64,000 bases of DNA from Callorhinchus milii (Eukaryota): positions 21,144,001 through 21,208,000 of the forward strand of contig NW_024704743.1 in the NCBI RefSeq assembly GCF_018977255.1, written 5' to 3'. How positions within the stretch are numbered: the stretch's first letter is position 1; every line of letters begins with the position of its first letter. The position numbers and the translations under genes were made by a program. The notes beneath the pieces are model-generated. The model searched no databases and was not told where the DNA came from. It saw nothing but the letters and a program-made list of their open reading frames with translations. Below are positions 11,496 through 23,470 of the stretch, piece by piece.

Positions 11496-12649
11496 TTTCT
11501 CAGGCATAACAGTGATATATTATACACACATGAAATAGTGAACCAAAGTCTGTCTTTTCAGTCGAATGCAAAAGATCCAATTGAGAATCCTTGAAAAGAG
11601 AAGGAAGTTTCTTACAGTTTTCAAAATCTTCCAACCGAAATTGATCATTCACTTCATGGCTGTTTGTGGGACAGAATGTAGCAACACATACCCAGCCAGG
11701 CGTAGTAATCATGTATTTTCTTATGAAACCTTGCACAATAGTGACTCATCTGAATTCATTATTCGTGATCTAATACTGTTTTCGTGTTGAAGTACTTTGG
11801 TGAAGTACTTTGAAAGAAAAATGTTTTTCACCTTTTATCTTTCTTCTTTTGTTAACATTGCAAAATCTGCCTAGTTAGAAGGATAGGATTAGAGACTTGG
11901 GCTGCCTTCCATGGAGACCTGGTATGCACTAGGAGGATTGAGCCAGCAGTGGATTAAAAAGCCAAATATTTTTTGGATCATCATCCAGGGAAATAAAAGA
12001 TGCAAATCATTGTTACTTTCCTGCAGCATTTGCTGAATCAGCTTGAAAAAGATTTCCACTGGGCAATAGTTATCATATCTCCATGGTGTGTACAGTGTAC
12101 AGATAGGAGGCTTAATAAAAATAGTACATGGGGCAAAAGCAGATTCATACATACAGTAGAACCCTGTTATTATGCAGGTTCGCTTTGGGGTCATGAAGCC
12201 TGACATTTTCTGTCATCCATATCTGTCATTGCATTTCAAATCATGTTTGAGATCTGGTCATGATGCTTCAAAACAACAACAATATGCATTTATATAGTGC
12301 CCTTAACATGGGGTAGCATATCAGAGCACTTAACTTAACTACTAGTCATGTAGTTATGTATGACATCGAGTAGGGAAGAAAGGGTAGGTAACTATAGGCA
12401 TAGTTTCTACTATACTCTCTACCTCCCTAGGTTTATTGGTCTTTAACACTGTTATAAGGACAGAGTGATATCTACCCACAATATGTTGGGGATCCAGAAT
12501 GATAAGGTGTGTGATTTACAGAGTAAGGTAAAGACGAGAGGCAGATTTGCAGATATGTTTGTCTGACAATTTCCCCAAGTTTGTTAATGGCAATGCTGTG
12601 AACTGGATGTTAAGACTCCCATCATTGACCTCAGATTTAGTTGTGTATT

Positions 12650-13175
12650 TCTTTACAGAACAAAGGTAGATGTGTATTTTGTGGGCACAATAGCTAATTT
12701 GCACAAGTAATGTCCCACATACAGCCAATGAAATGAGTGACCAATTTTATTTGGGGAAATGTTGGGCAGGACACCAGGAGAAACTCCCTTCTCTTTTCAG
12801 GCAGTGCTGATGGGGTCTTTAATGTGGAATAGTTTCATCTGAAGGATGGCACCTCGGGCATTGCAATGCTTCCCAACTTCAACACAAAATTCAGCACAAA
12901 TAATAATAATAATCCTTGCATTTGATATAGCGCAATATCACGATATATTGTAAAGTGGATTGACCATGTATTTATGGGTGAAACACAGAAGCCAGCATGC
13001 ACACAGCAATGTCTCACAAATAGCCATCACAAAACACTGACCAATTTTATTTGGGGATTGTTGACCAGGCTCTGGGAGAGAGAAACTCCTTTCTTGTTTT
13101 GAATAGTGTCGTGGGATCTTTAACATCCACCTAAATAGGCAGAAAAGGCCACGTTTTACCATCTCATCCAAAGGG
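12650..13175 (-). mobile_element. Two tandem SacSINE1-like fragments
   Basis: 12650-12880 and 12900-13175 each carry gaccaattttatttgggga...ccagg...gagaaactcc...gatctttaa(t/c)...tcatc. Confidence 0.75.
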
Positions 13176-13769
13176 ATCTGGAGCCCTATTTAATTATTCC
13201 TCTTATACATTCAGGGATAAAGCAACATTTTGCGGACAACAATGGAGCTAGAGAAACTAATACAGACACATAGCAATGAAGACGATCAACCCATCTCACA
13301 AAAGAGGAACCATTCTAACAATAATTTGCACTAAAATAGTCCAAGCTAGGTGGGCTGGGGGGTTGTTGGAAGGCACAGTCAAAGAGCAAAGTTTTCAGAC
13401 TGGATTTGAAACCAGACAGGATGGAAGTGAGGTGAGGTTTTGAAAGGGTTACAGAATATGGGGATAAAGTGCTTACCTGGTAGGGCAGGGCGTATACGAA
13501 GCAGAGAAATGTTAGTGGATCAGAGGCAGTGGGCAGGGTTGTGGAATGTCAGGGGGCTTCAATGTTATCAGAAAAAAAATCTGGAAACTGTAGAAAGAAA
13601 ACTACTGCTGTGTTCTCCCTCCTCACCTGCCCTGTGCTCAGCATCTGCTGAATGACTCGAGTTGTTGGTTGTTAACATGATGCAGACGAGCCAAAAACAC
13701 AATTGCAGTGACCTTCCTGCCAGGCACAACGGCACTCGAGTGGAGCCGGAGTTGTGGAGTTTGCTCTCT

Positions 13770-14682
13770 GTGCTGCAGAATGTCTGTCAGACATCATAAG
13801 TCCTGGATGAGAACTAACTTTCTACAGTTGAAAGTCAACAGGTCCGAGGCCCTCCTGATTGGCTCCCATCAGTGCCTCCACACCTCAGGCACTGACAGCA
13901 TTACCATCGTAGGATGCACACTCCACCTTCCTAAGCCAGTCCGGAACCTTGGCGTCTTGTTTGACCCTCAACTATCCTTTCTACCCCACATCCGTGCCAT
14001 GTCCCGCTCTGCTTTCCCCCATCTCCGCAACATCGCTCGGCTCCGCCACTGTCTCACACCCCAGGCCGTCGAAACCCTCATACACGCATCCATAACATCC
14101 AGGCTCAGCTACGCAAACTCCCAGCTTATCGGCCTCCCCAACTCTTCCCTCCATAGGCTGCAGATCATCCAGAACTCTGCAGTCCGTGACCTCTCCCGCA
14201 TCAGGCTTCATGACCCTATCATCCCCATCCTTGCCTGACTCCACTGGCTTTCCATCACACAGAGGATACAGTTCAAGATACTGGTCCTCACTTTGAAAGC
14301 CCTCCATGGCCTTGTTCCCCCCTACTTCTGTGACCTTCCAACCCCTTTCCAAACTGCCTTCTCCCTCCGCTCAGCGGACTCCAGCCTGCGTCACGTCCCC
14401 TGCCTCACCCGCCCCACCATTGGCGAGCGGGACTTCTGCCACTCTGCCCCCACCTTCTAGAACTCCCACAGTCTCTTCGCCTCGCCCCCTCCCTTGCCTC
14501 CTTCAAGACCTGTCTCAAGACCCTCCTCTTTGACTGTGCCTTCGGTCACCCTCCTTCCTCCTCTGCCCTCCACTCTATCCGATCCCAACCAGCAATTCGG
14601 GTCCAAAACACTGACTGTCCAGCGCCTTGGGAAGTCCTCCCAATGTGAAAGGCACTATACAAATGTAATTTTCTTGCTGTTG
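13770..14682 (+). mobile_element. L2 LINE 3' ~0.9 kb (subfamily B), ORF2 C-terminal remnant
   Basis: ORF 13708-14238 contains SWMRTNFLQLKVNRSEALLIG...VRNLGVLFDPQLSF...SRLSYANS..LQIIQNSA; in-frame stops; L2 tail. Confidence 0.9.
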
Positions 14683-14805
14683 CTTGCAAGTTACTTGCAA
14701 GTTTTTAACACAGGCACAATATTTCAACTAATGTTTCAGCTAAATCCATAATCCCAGCGAGTGGAATTGATCTTCAGTACAGTCAAACGTATTAGCCATG
14801 TTAGT

Positions 14806-15175
14806 AGTAATAATAATAATCCTTGCATTTGATGTAGCACCTTATCACGCTGTTATGGCGTCTAAAAGCGCTTCACAGAATATACTGTTCAAGTGAACTG
14901 ACTGTATACTTTGTGGTTCTAAATGCGGCAGCCAATGTAGCACAGCATTCTCCCACAAAAGTCGTGGATTGAATGCCCAAATTTTTCTTTGAGGGATTAT
15001 TATTCCAGGAATGCGATCGACCAATCGACTAACAACCAGGTTCCTACTTACTGTTAGGTAATCAAAGGCATGTGGAGTAAGGGAACTTGCCTAAGATTTT
15101 GCCCCCTCTGGGAATCGTACCCAGGTGCTCACACTTGCAAGGCGAGCGTGCTAACCGTTACTCTATGGGACTCCA
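14806..15175 (-). mobile_element. tRNA SINE long variant
   Basis: Tail taatccttgcatttg, CORE-like ggttcctacttactgttaggtaa, head ending ctatgggactcc. Confidence 0.85.
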
Positions 15176-16279
15176 AATGTAATGTGTTGCAACAGAGTTA
15201 AAAAGCAGGTGTGAAAGCAGGCTCAGAGATACCATCTCTACTTACAATAGGAATTATCTGATTGGGCCCCAACCCCCAGGAATGCATCAGAATTCAAAAT
15301 GTCCCAAGTCTCATCTATTGTGATTCTGTTGCTGACCCCGGGTGCAGGAAGGAGAAAGAGAACCCCTCCCCCCACCCCCAGTAAAACAATATCTATTGTT
15401 TTAGCTATTACCTAATATAGTAATAGAAATATACAACTTTTTTTTCAAAATAAACTAAGGTGAAAATTGCCCACAGGGTAATCAACCTCTGGTCCCTGAT
15501 GTTTCCATCTATCCATATCTCCATATATCCTTCTTCAGTAATTGACTATTAAAGTTTGTTATAAAACAGATGTCGTGAGGAGGTGACAGGAAATACAATG
15601 TATAAAATGTCTGCTCTAAAATAAGTGCAAGGGGCATTGGCTATCGAGTGCTGTTTGTCCTGTTCCTGACGCCACTCAGTCAGATCCAGTTTTCTAATTT
15701 CAAAGTATTCAGGAAATGGTTTGGCACGGAGAGGAAGCTCGATCCTTTTCCAACTCTGAATAACTCTCTGCAAAGTCCCGCACTTCCTGAAAAGGAGCTA
15801 TATTTCATCTTCTGGAAAGCAGGGACGCCACGCAAAACAGATTTAATTACAACAGAAAGGCGCAACAGAAGTGGAAAGCAGTTCACTGCTCTATAAATAG
15901 TGGTGCTTTGGGGAACAGAACAGCTGATTAAAGGGACTCTGTCTTTATGAAGCAGTGTTGGCCAATCTTTTTCATTGTTGAACAACTGTACAGTGAAAAC
16001 CCAGGTGAACACTTTGTTGCGTCACTTACCTGTGACGATTTTGTAACTAAGGTAATACATTGGGACTTTGAGCTCAAGCTAGGTTGACTTTCCAGTGTAA
16101 TGCTGGGAGAGCACTGTATTGTTGCAGGTGCCATCTTTGGATGATATGTTAAATCGAGCTTGTGTCTGCTTGTTCAGCTGGACATTAAAGATCCCACGGC
16201 ATTACAGTCAATCCAGTTACAATATAATGCTTTAGTACACTGCAGGTGTATTGTGGACTCACAGTATATTAGATGTGTA

Positions 16280-16740
16280 TCGAGGATGGAGTGTGCACTT
16301 TCTCCTTGGAGGGACGTACCCTGCCTATCTAATTCCAGATAGTATTAGGTACAAGTTGGTGAGAGCCAAGGCTTGGGGACTCTAAAATGTGTGTTAGGCT
16401 ACTGCTGGGGTCCTCCTGATATTACTGCATAGTTTGCCATTGAGACCACTGCACACAGTTCATCCAACTAAGACCATCCTACTTATTAGAACTTTGCTTT
16501 GAAGATTTAATAGGAGAGGGTGGGAAGAATTCACAGTGTGAACAGGGACAGATGACTTGGTTCGCCCCTCCAAGTCCTGCCAATGGGCTAGGTAGGTTGG
16601 CTGGGCTCTCATCAGTAGTGCCCTGGAGTACCCATCAGGCTCTGGAGTCAGACTATCAAAACCATCCCAGAGGATTAATACAATTATGATGTTTCATTGT
16701 CAAACACACCATCTTGAAGCTAGCTCAGCAAGGACATTCT
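16280..16740. repeat. Unidentified dispersed repeat, copy A
   Basis: Shares ctaattccaga.agtattagg..caagttgg.gagagccaaggcttggggac and downstream blocks with copies B-D. Confidence 0.7.
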
Positions 16741-17862
16741 TAGAGCTTACCTTCTTTCCCCCCATCCCACCCCCGTCGAAGGAGGAGAGTAACCAATAAC
16801 AGAAAGTGGGGATTACCAATTCTTCTAAGCTCAGAGGATTTTTGGAGCAGTGATGGCCAACTCATGGGCCATCCAGTAGTGGCCTGATGAACATTCGCAC
16901 CAGTCCAGGTGAGTCTGTTCCAAATCAATGCCTTGTTTCCATTAGCTACTGAGCGGTGTTGCCCATGGCATGGTCATAGATGAAAAACTGTTCAATCAAG
17001 AAAATTTATTTGGTTGGCCACCGCTGGTTTAGAGCTAATATTTTGCTGGGGGGACTTTTGGTTATTTGCAGAATGGGTACAAGGAGAGGCAATGGGATCA
17101 ATGGCATCTTAGCAAATCAACCTCACTTTAGCAATGGCATTCTTTAGATTTTTTTTCCACATTTTCCCCCCACCCCCCTTCCTTGAGTACAATTTTGATT
17201 GTGGTATAGAGTTTAGCAATTCTATACTTTGTTGAACATTTGTGGGTCACTTCTTTTGAGTGCGCTGAAAGATTGCAGGAAACTGCACTGACCCAGCCTT
17301 GAGAACTAGAGTGAATAGAGACCCTGTGTCAAGCACCTTCAGCAAACCTCTGCAAAGTGAAGGATACCGACTATAATGCTGAACTTGTTAAATTCTGTAG
17401 CTTGTTGCATATACAGTGCAGTCACTGGATTTTATAGTAATTTCTGTTGAGCAGTTTCAACATGATAGAGTGCTATATTAAATGTAACATGATAAAGTGC
17501 TATATTATTATATTTAGTTTTATATTCACCCCGTCAATAACTCTGATGGATATGATTGAAGCAAATCATAACAATTGCAGCAGTTTTTAAGATATGCATT
17601 TAATTTTGACATACAGTGTCTGGGTTCATTGATAGATTGCTGGCTCTGTAAGTAGTTCATGAGAAGCATCCTTGTATCTGGTCAGTTTGTGTCAGCTAAC
17701 ATTGTGCATTCAATCTTTCTTTACTCATTGACTCCTACATATTATTTACATCAAATACAACCCTGTCTAGTTTAGTACTTGTTGTTTTCAATAAGAAATC
17801 AATGTAATGGAATTGGAGAGAACGATTGAGGAAGACACCCAGTTTTAAACAACTCCCATTAT

Positions 17863-18160
17863 CTGTAGCTCAGTGGTTAGAGCACTCGCTTTGCAAGCGA
17901 GAGACCTGGGTTCGATTCCCAGTAGGGCAAAACCTTGGGCAAGTTTCCTTATTATCCACACGCCTGATAATAATCCCTCAAAAAAAAATATTGGTTATTT
18001 CAATCCATAACTGTTTGTGGGACACTGCTGTGCACAATTGGCTGCCGCATTTCGCCCACAAATATACAGTCAATTCACTTTACAGTCTATTCTGTGAAGC
18101 GCTTTGAGATGTCTAGAAGATGTGAAAAGCGCTATATCAAATGTAAGGATTATTATTATT
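17863..18160 (+). mobile_element. tRNA SINE short variant
   Basis: ctgtagctcagtggttagagcactcgctttgcaagcgag... to ggattattattatt. Confidence 0.9.
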
Positions 18161-18177
18161 ATACATTGCAGTTGAAT

Positions 18178-18442
18178 GCGAAATGCAAAGGCCAATTGCG
18201 CATAGCAATGTCCCATAAATAATCGGGGATTGAGTAACCCAATATTTTGGGTGGTGGGGTGGTGATCATTATCCCCGGAAACCGATCCACTGATCAACTA
18301 ACAAGTGGGTTCCTACTTACTGCTTGGTAAACAGAGGCGTGTGTAGTGTAAGGAAACTTGCCTAAGGTTTCAGCCTGCCCGGGAATCGAAGGTCCTCTCA
18401 CTTGCGAGGCGAGCGCACTAACCACTACACTATGGGGTCTCC
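18178..18442 (-). mobile_element. tRNA SINE long variant, tail missing, inverted relative to its neighbour
   Basis: gccaattgcgcatagcaatgtccca...ggttcctacttactgcttggtaaacagaggcg...ctaaccactacactatggggtctcc. Confidence 0.8.
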
Positions 18443-19974
18443 GGTTTAAAAAAAGATTCAGTCACACTGACCCAGCCACTCCCTTCAATCAATGAACATT
18501 CAAGAGCATCATGTTCCCTGTTCAATCTTCCCCACCATCAACAAGCGGACTTTCCGCCATTCTGCTGCCACTCTCTGGAATTCCATCCTGTAGTCCCTCT
18601 GACTTGCTCCTTCTCATTCAAGGCACATCTAAAAATGTACCTCTTTGACCACACTTTCGGTCATCTTTCCCCTCCCACCTCTCTTGGTTCCCATCCTTAC
18701 TTTGGGTGCCCTGCCAGCATTGTCAAGCGCTTGAGATGTTCTCCCAAAAGAAAGTGAAAAGCTTTACAAAGTTAAATAAATGTAAAATCTAAATTGTCTA
18801 ATCGAGTTGTGAAAGTAGCTCAGATGAGTTTGCATGAAGACCCTAAGACAAAGGTTAGTATTGATGATACACTAAGTTGTTTGTTAGTGGTATTATTTGT
18901 TACTGAGCTATTCAGTGTAGTGGAAGCATCATGGGTTTTGGTCTGGGGGATGCTGTTAAATGTTTGTAACATTTGTAAAATATGTAAGAAATGTAACTAC
19001 ATGGGAAACAAAGCAATTTTACTGTTGGCATCCAAAGCACTCAAATGTTTTTTTAATCAGAACTAACTCAGTTCAGTGAGCCTAACATCATGATTCAGAG
19101 TGACAAGTCCGAGAATTATTATTCTTTTGCTCTCCTCTAAACCAAAAATAGTTAATGTCTTTATGAAGATGTACAGAACTACATTCAAGGCTCATCTCAA
19201 TCTTTGACTGCATTTTTAGTTATCTTTCTCCTCCCATCTTTCTTCGCCTCCCACCCCCAGCATTGCCAAATGCTTTGTTATTTCAAATATCTCTTTGAAA
19301 AGGTTTGGTTGTGAATTACATACTTAACAACTAATAATACCCTCTCCTTGTATTTGGTGTTGCGATTGCAACATCTTAAAGCGCTTCACAGGCAATTACC
19401 CTTGAGTGCAGTAACTGTGAATTTGTAAGCAAATAAATTCTATTCATTGGCTGTTAATTATAATTAAGGTTACCTGTACTTCCCTCTGTACACTTCATCC
19501 ATAACATTATCTGCATTTACACATGGTGTAAAATAGACCCTGAAGTGCAATTGGCTCCAGATGAAACCTAGTGGGCAAAATTGCAATATTCCTGAATAAT
19601 TCCATTCCTTAAATATTGCTGGGGATAATTAAGAATTGCTTTATCAGCTGGAAAGTCTTTTATGACAGCTTTGGAACTACACATGCCTCTGACTTTGTGA
19701 GAATCATTTCTCCCGCAGTCTTCCCACAGACAATTTGGCCGCCAAAGTTTTCTTTTTCATTTTAAAGACATGTTTAAAAGGACACATTTTTTCCTGCAAC
19801 TTCTGTACCACTCCTTATTTGGTGACTCTTATTAAACTCTTGATTGTTATTGCCCTTTTCTGTTTCACATCACTTTCTGTTTCACATTCCTAAGGCAGTT
19901 TCCAATTCAACTACTATTAATAATAGGATTATATTATTATAATAACAATCTCAAAATTAGATTGAGGATTATAG

Positions 19975-20400
19975 TATTATAATAATCCTTGCATTTGATA
20001 AAGCACCCTATCACGTCATTGAGACATCTCAAAGCGTTTCACAGAATATATATATGACGTGAATTGGCAATAGTTTGTGGGTAAAATGCAGAAGCTAATT
20101 TCACACAGCAATGTCCCACAAACAATTGTGGATTGAGTGATCACATTTTTTTTAAAGGATTAGAACAAATTATGAAGTTGGAAACCTTTTTTTGCAGTTA
20201 TTTATTCAACAGAATATGCAACATTTCCTTATTATCTTAAAGCGATCTACCATTCGCCTAACAACCGGGTTCCTGCTTATTAATGTGTCTTCGCCTACAA
20301 AAGGCACAGTCGCTTTACAGTAAATCCTGTGAAGTACTTTGAGGTATCCTCCTGAAGTGAATGACTCTATATCAAATGCAAGGATTATTATTATTTATTA
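19975..20400. mobile_element. SINE cluster (minus long-variant pieces 19975-20285, plus-strand tail 20300-20400)
   Basis: SINE tail, Deu and CORE-like pieces in both orientations. Confidence 0.65.
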
Positions 20401-21671
20401 TTCATTCTATGCGTTGTTTTGGTTTGGAGGGAAAGACCTCCAGCTGACTGGTGTGTCTAAGCATAGCAACTGACCCCAGGGCAGAACTCCGGTCAGTAAT
20501 GTGAAAAAAGCTGAGAGCAATATTGTAAATTTATTGTACATCAGAACAATGGCAAAACTACTGAGCTACAAGGAAAGCCCTGTGGGGCTTCCTCATGTGC
20601 ACATGGAAAACAAATTAGCTTTTACCGTTGCACATGGATAACCATTTCACCATTGTAAGGGGGCTAGCTGACTTTTAGCACAGAACCTATTGACCACTTG
20701 CAGTGACCATAAAAAACTAAAGATGAGGTTTGTGTAAGACTAATGGTTCCGCTTGACCTGTTCCACAAGAGGTCAAGACCTCCTGCACCCTCTTCAACAG
20801 CTCGACTTACTGCAGTCTGGAATCTCAAGATTGGATCGACATACTCCCAACACAGGCACTCTGAAATGAGGGACTTCGATTCTTGCAATACAATGAACCT
20901 TTCATTTGGCATAGGGCTTTTCATGTATGGAGGATGTCGCAAAGTGCTTCACAGGATATACTGTAAAGTGCAATGACTGTGTTTTATAGGTGAACAGGTT
21001 AATGTGCACACAGCAATATTCCACCAACAGTCATGAAGTGAGTGACCAATATGAAAGCGCTATGAATTTGATTCAAACAGGTTGTAAAGTCGCAACCCAG
21101 TTTTTTTTTTTTTTCGCAGTTATTTATTCAACAGGACGTGCAATGTTTCCTTTTCAATAATAGATGTGTAATACTTACCCACTATAGAATTCTTGTCCAG
21201 AGTGCACTTGTGGCTGAAAATTTGACAAGAAGACCGCTTCATTTAAAAATATGCTAAACTTGAATAGTTTTATACAAATACTGTTTCAGTCTAAGGTTTT
21301 TAAGCCTTGTTGTGCCCCCAGTCTATATAACATTAGCTCATATCAGGCAAGGCGGCAGCAGGAGTAGTGTAATAGGTTTCAGTAACCCTGGAAGAAAACT
21401 AGCCTGAGCTACCTGTTCTAATTATACTCCTCACATTTGGTACAGTGCGTTTCATGTCAGAAGGACATCCCACAGCTCTTCACGGGATATAGTGTAAAAT
21501 CGACAAGCTGTGAAGTTGTAGGCGAATGCGGTAGCCAATTTGCACACAGCAGGGTCCTATAAACAAGCATGAAACAAATCACCAATCTTTATTCTTGAGA
21601 GATTGTTGGCCAGGACATTGGGAGAACCTCCCTTCTCTTTTCAAATAGTGCCAAAAGATCTTTAGTGTCCA

Positions 21672-22433
21672 ACAACAACAACAACATGAACTTGGATTTA
21701 TATAGTGCCCTCCACACTAGACGGCGTCTCAGAGCGCTTCACAGTTTAGGATCCTGGGACCGAGCCAAGGGGAGGGGGGGGAATGTGACCAAAGGCGCGG
21801 TTGAAAAGAAAGGTCTTCAGTATTGACCTGAAAATGGGAAGGTAGGGAGCGAGATGAAGGAAGTGAGGAAGGCAGTTCCAGAGCCTTGGGGCGTAGTGGC
21901 TGAAGGCACGGTCGACGAGGGTGGAGCGGAGGACTTGCGGGACGAGGAGGCCAGACCGGGAGGAACGAAGGCAACGAGTTCTGTGCTGAGGAGAGAGGAA
22001 GTCAGAGAGGTAGGGGGGTGCAGAGGAGTGCAGGGACTTGAATACGAGGGTGAGGATCTTGAAGTCGATCCTCTCTGGGATAGGCAGGTAGTGCAGTCTG
22101 GCAAGGACTGGGGTAATCGGGGAGCGGAGTTTGGTGTGGGTGAGAATGTGGGCGACAGAGTTCTGAATGAGTTGGATTTTATGGATGGTGAATGTGGGCG
22201 ACAGAGTTCTGAATGAGTTGGATTTTATGGATGGTAGTGGAGGGGAGACCAGCGAGGAGGGCGTTTGAATAGTCCAGCCGAGAGGTGACAAAGGCATAGA
22301 CCAGGGTTTCAGCGGCTTTTGGGGAGAGGTATTTGTGGAGACGGGCGATGCGTCGGAGGTGGAAGAAGGCGGTGCTGGTGAGGGACCAGATGTGTGGGAG
22401 GAAGGATAATTGGGGGTCGAACCTGACGCCTAG
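21672..22433 (-). mobile_element. Young L2 LINE 3' ~0.76 kb (subfamily A) inserted in a Deu SINE
   Basis: ORFs 22179-22451 (LGVRFDPQLSFLPHI...SRLDYSNALL) and 21746-22297 (LHYLPIPERIDFKIL...RAFSHYAPRLWNCLP); (TTG)n tail; the host SINE continues on both sides (21450-21671 and 22434-22485). Confidence 0.92.
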
Positions 22434-23097
22434 GTCCACCTGAACGTCCACCTGAACAGGCTAACTGGACCGCAGTTCAGCATACATGTGTAATACTTAT
22501 TCTTAGCCTTGAGTCCTGAAAAGCAGTTCAAAAAATACAAAGGCAATACACTGACACAGAGAGTCAGTGTTAAAGGAAATGAAACTATGGTTGAAATGGG
22601 GCTGTGGTTACTCATTATTCCTCTTCCCTATGACAGCTTTTCCTGTGTTTTCTAGCTTTTATTTGCTTATTATCCTTTTATGTTGCTGACCTCCTCAGAT
22701 ACCCATTTCAGACAACCAGTAAGCTAATGAACCCGACAAGCATATCTGTTGAGATATTTATATATTGATCTTTGATTGATTGATCGATTGATCGATATCT
22801 ATCTAAGAATGAGGATCACTATCACTTTCGATGTTTTAGGAGAAAATATCGACTGCTGTGATACATAAAACTGTCAAGCAGGTGTTCCCACGGTGAAAGT
22901 AAACTGTTGGGGGGAGATCTGGTGTCTTAACACTGTCCTACCATATCCGCAAATTTGAATACCTGAGTTTGATTCTCGGCAGGGCGAAACCCTGGGCAAG
23001 TTTTCTTATTCCACACGCCTGATAATAATCCCTCAAGAAAAAAAAAATTTGGTCACTCAACCCACGACTGTTTGTTATTAATATTATATTATTATTA

Positions 23098-23470
23098 CTG
23101 ATCTGTGCTGTTAATTGATCTCAGCCAAAGCAGCAGATGGAGATACTGCATTGGCCTCAGCATCAGTGGGGGAGGGACTAAATAATAATAATAATAATAA
23201 TAATCCTTGCATTTGATATAGCGCTTTTCACGTCGGGAGGACGTCCTAAAGAAACAGCCAGGGCTTCTACTCATGATCTGGTATCCTCATGGGAAAAACG
23301 TTGAGAGGAATCAAATAAAATGGCCAAATGACCTTCTTTGTCCAAAACTCTATTGTGATCATGCATATGGATCTTGGGTGAGGCCATAGTGGTGGTGGTG
23401 AGCAGTGATGACTTCTGCACTTGATTCTCCTGTCTCACACTGAAGAATGTACCCTTAGGTGAGAGATGCA
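23098..23470 (+). mobile_element. AmnSINE2-like SINE with an inserted SINE tail (23181-23251, minus)
   Basis: tctgtgctgttaattgatctcagcc...ttggcctcagc...ggaggga[tail]aaacagccagggcttctactcatgatc...gggtgagg...cacactgaagaatg. Confidence 0.55.

Noticed and set aside
13708..14751. Long overlapping ORFs here and at 21729-22451, 30495-31788, 32954-33997 and 39418-40218 as host genes
   Set aside because: They are L2 ORF2 remnants or their alternative and antisense frames, with stops and frameshifts.
20752..20778. 8-bp inverted repeat cttgacct-N10-aggtcaag (everted nuclear-receptor half-sites)
   Set aside because: Non-standard spacing, short, and no other support.
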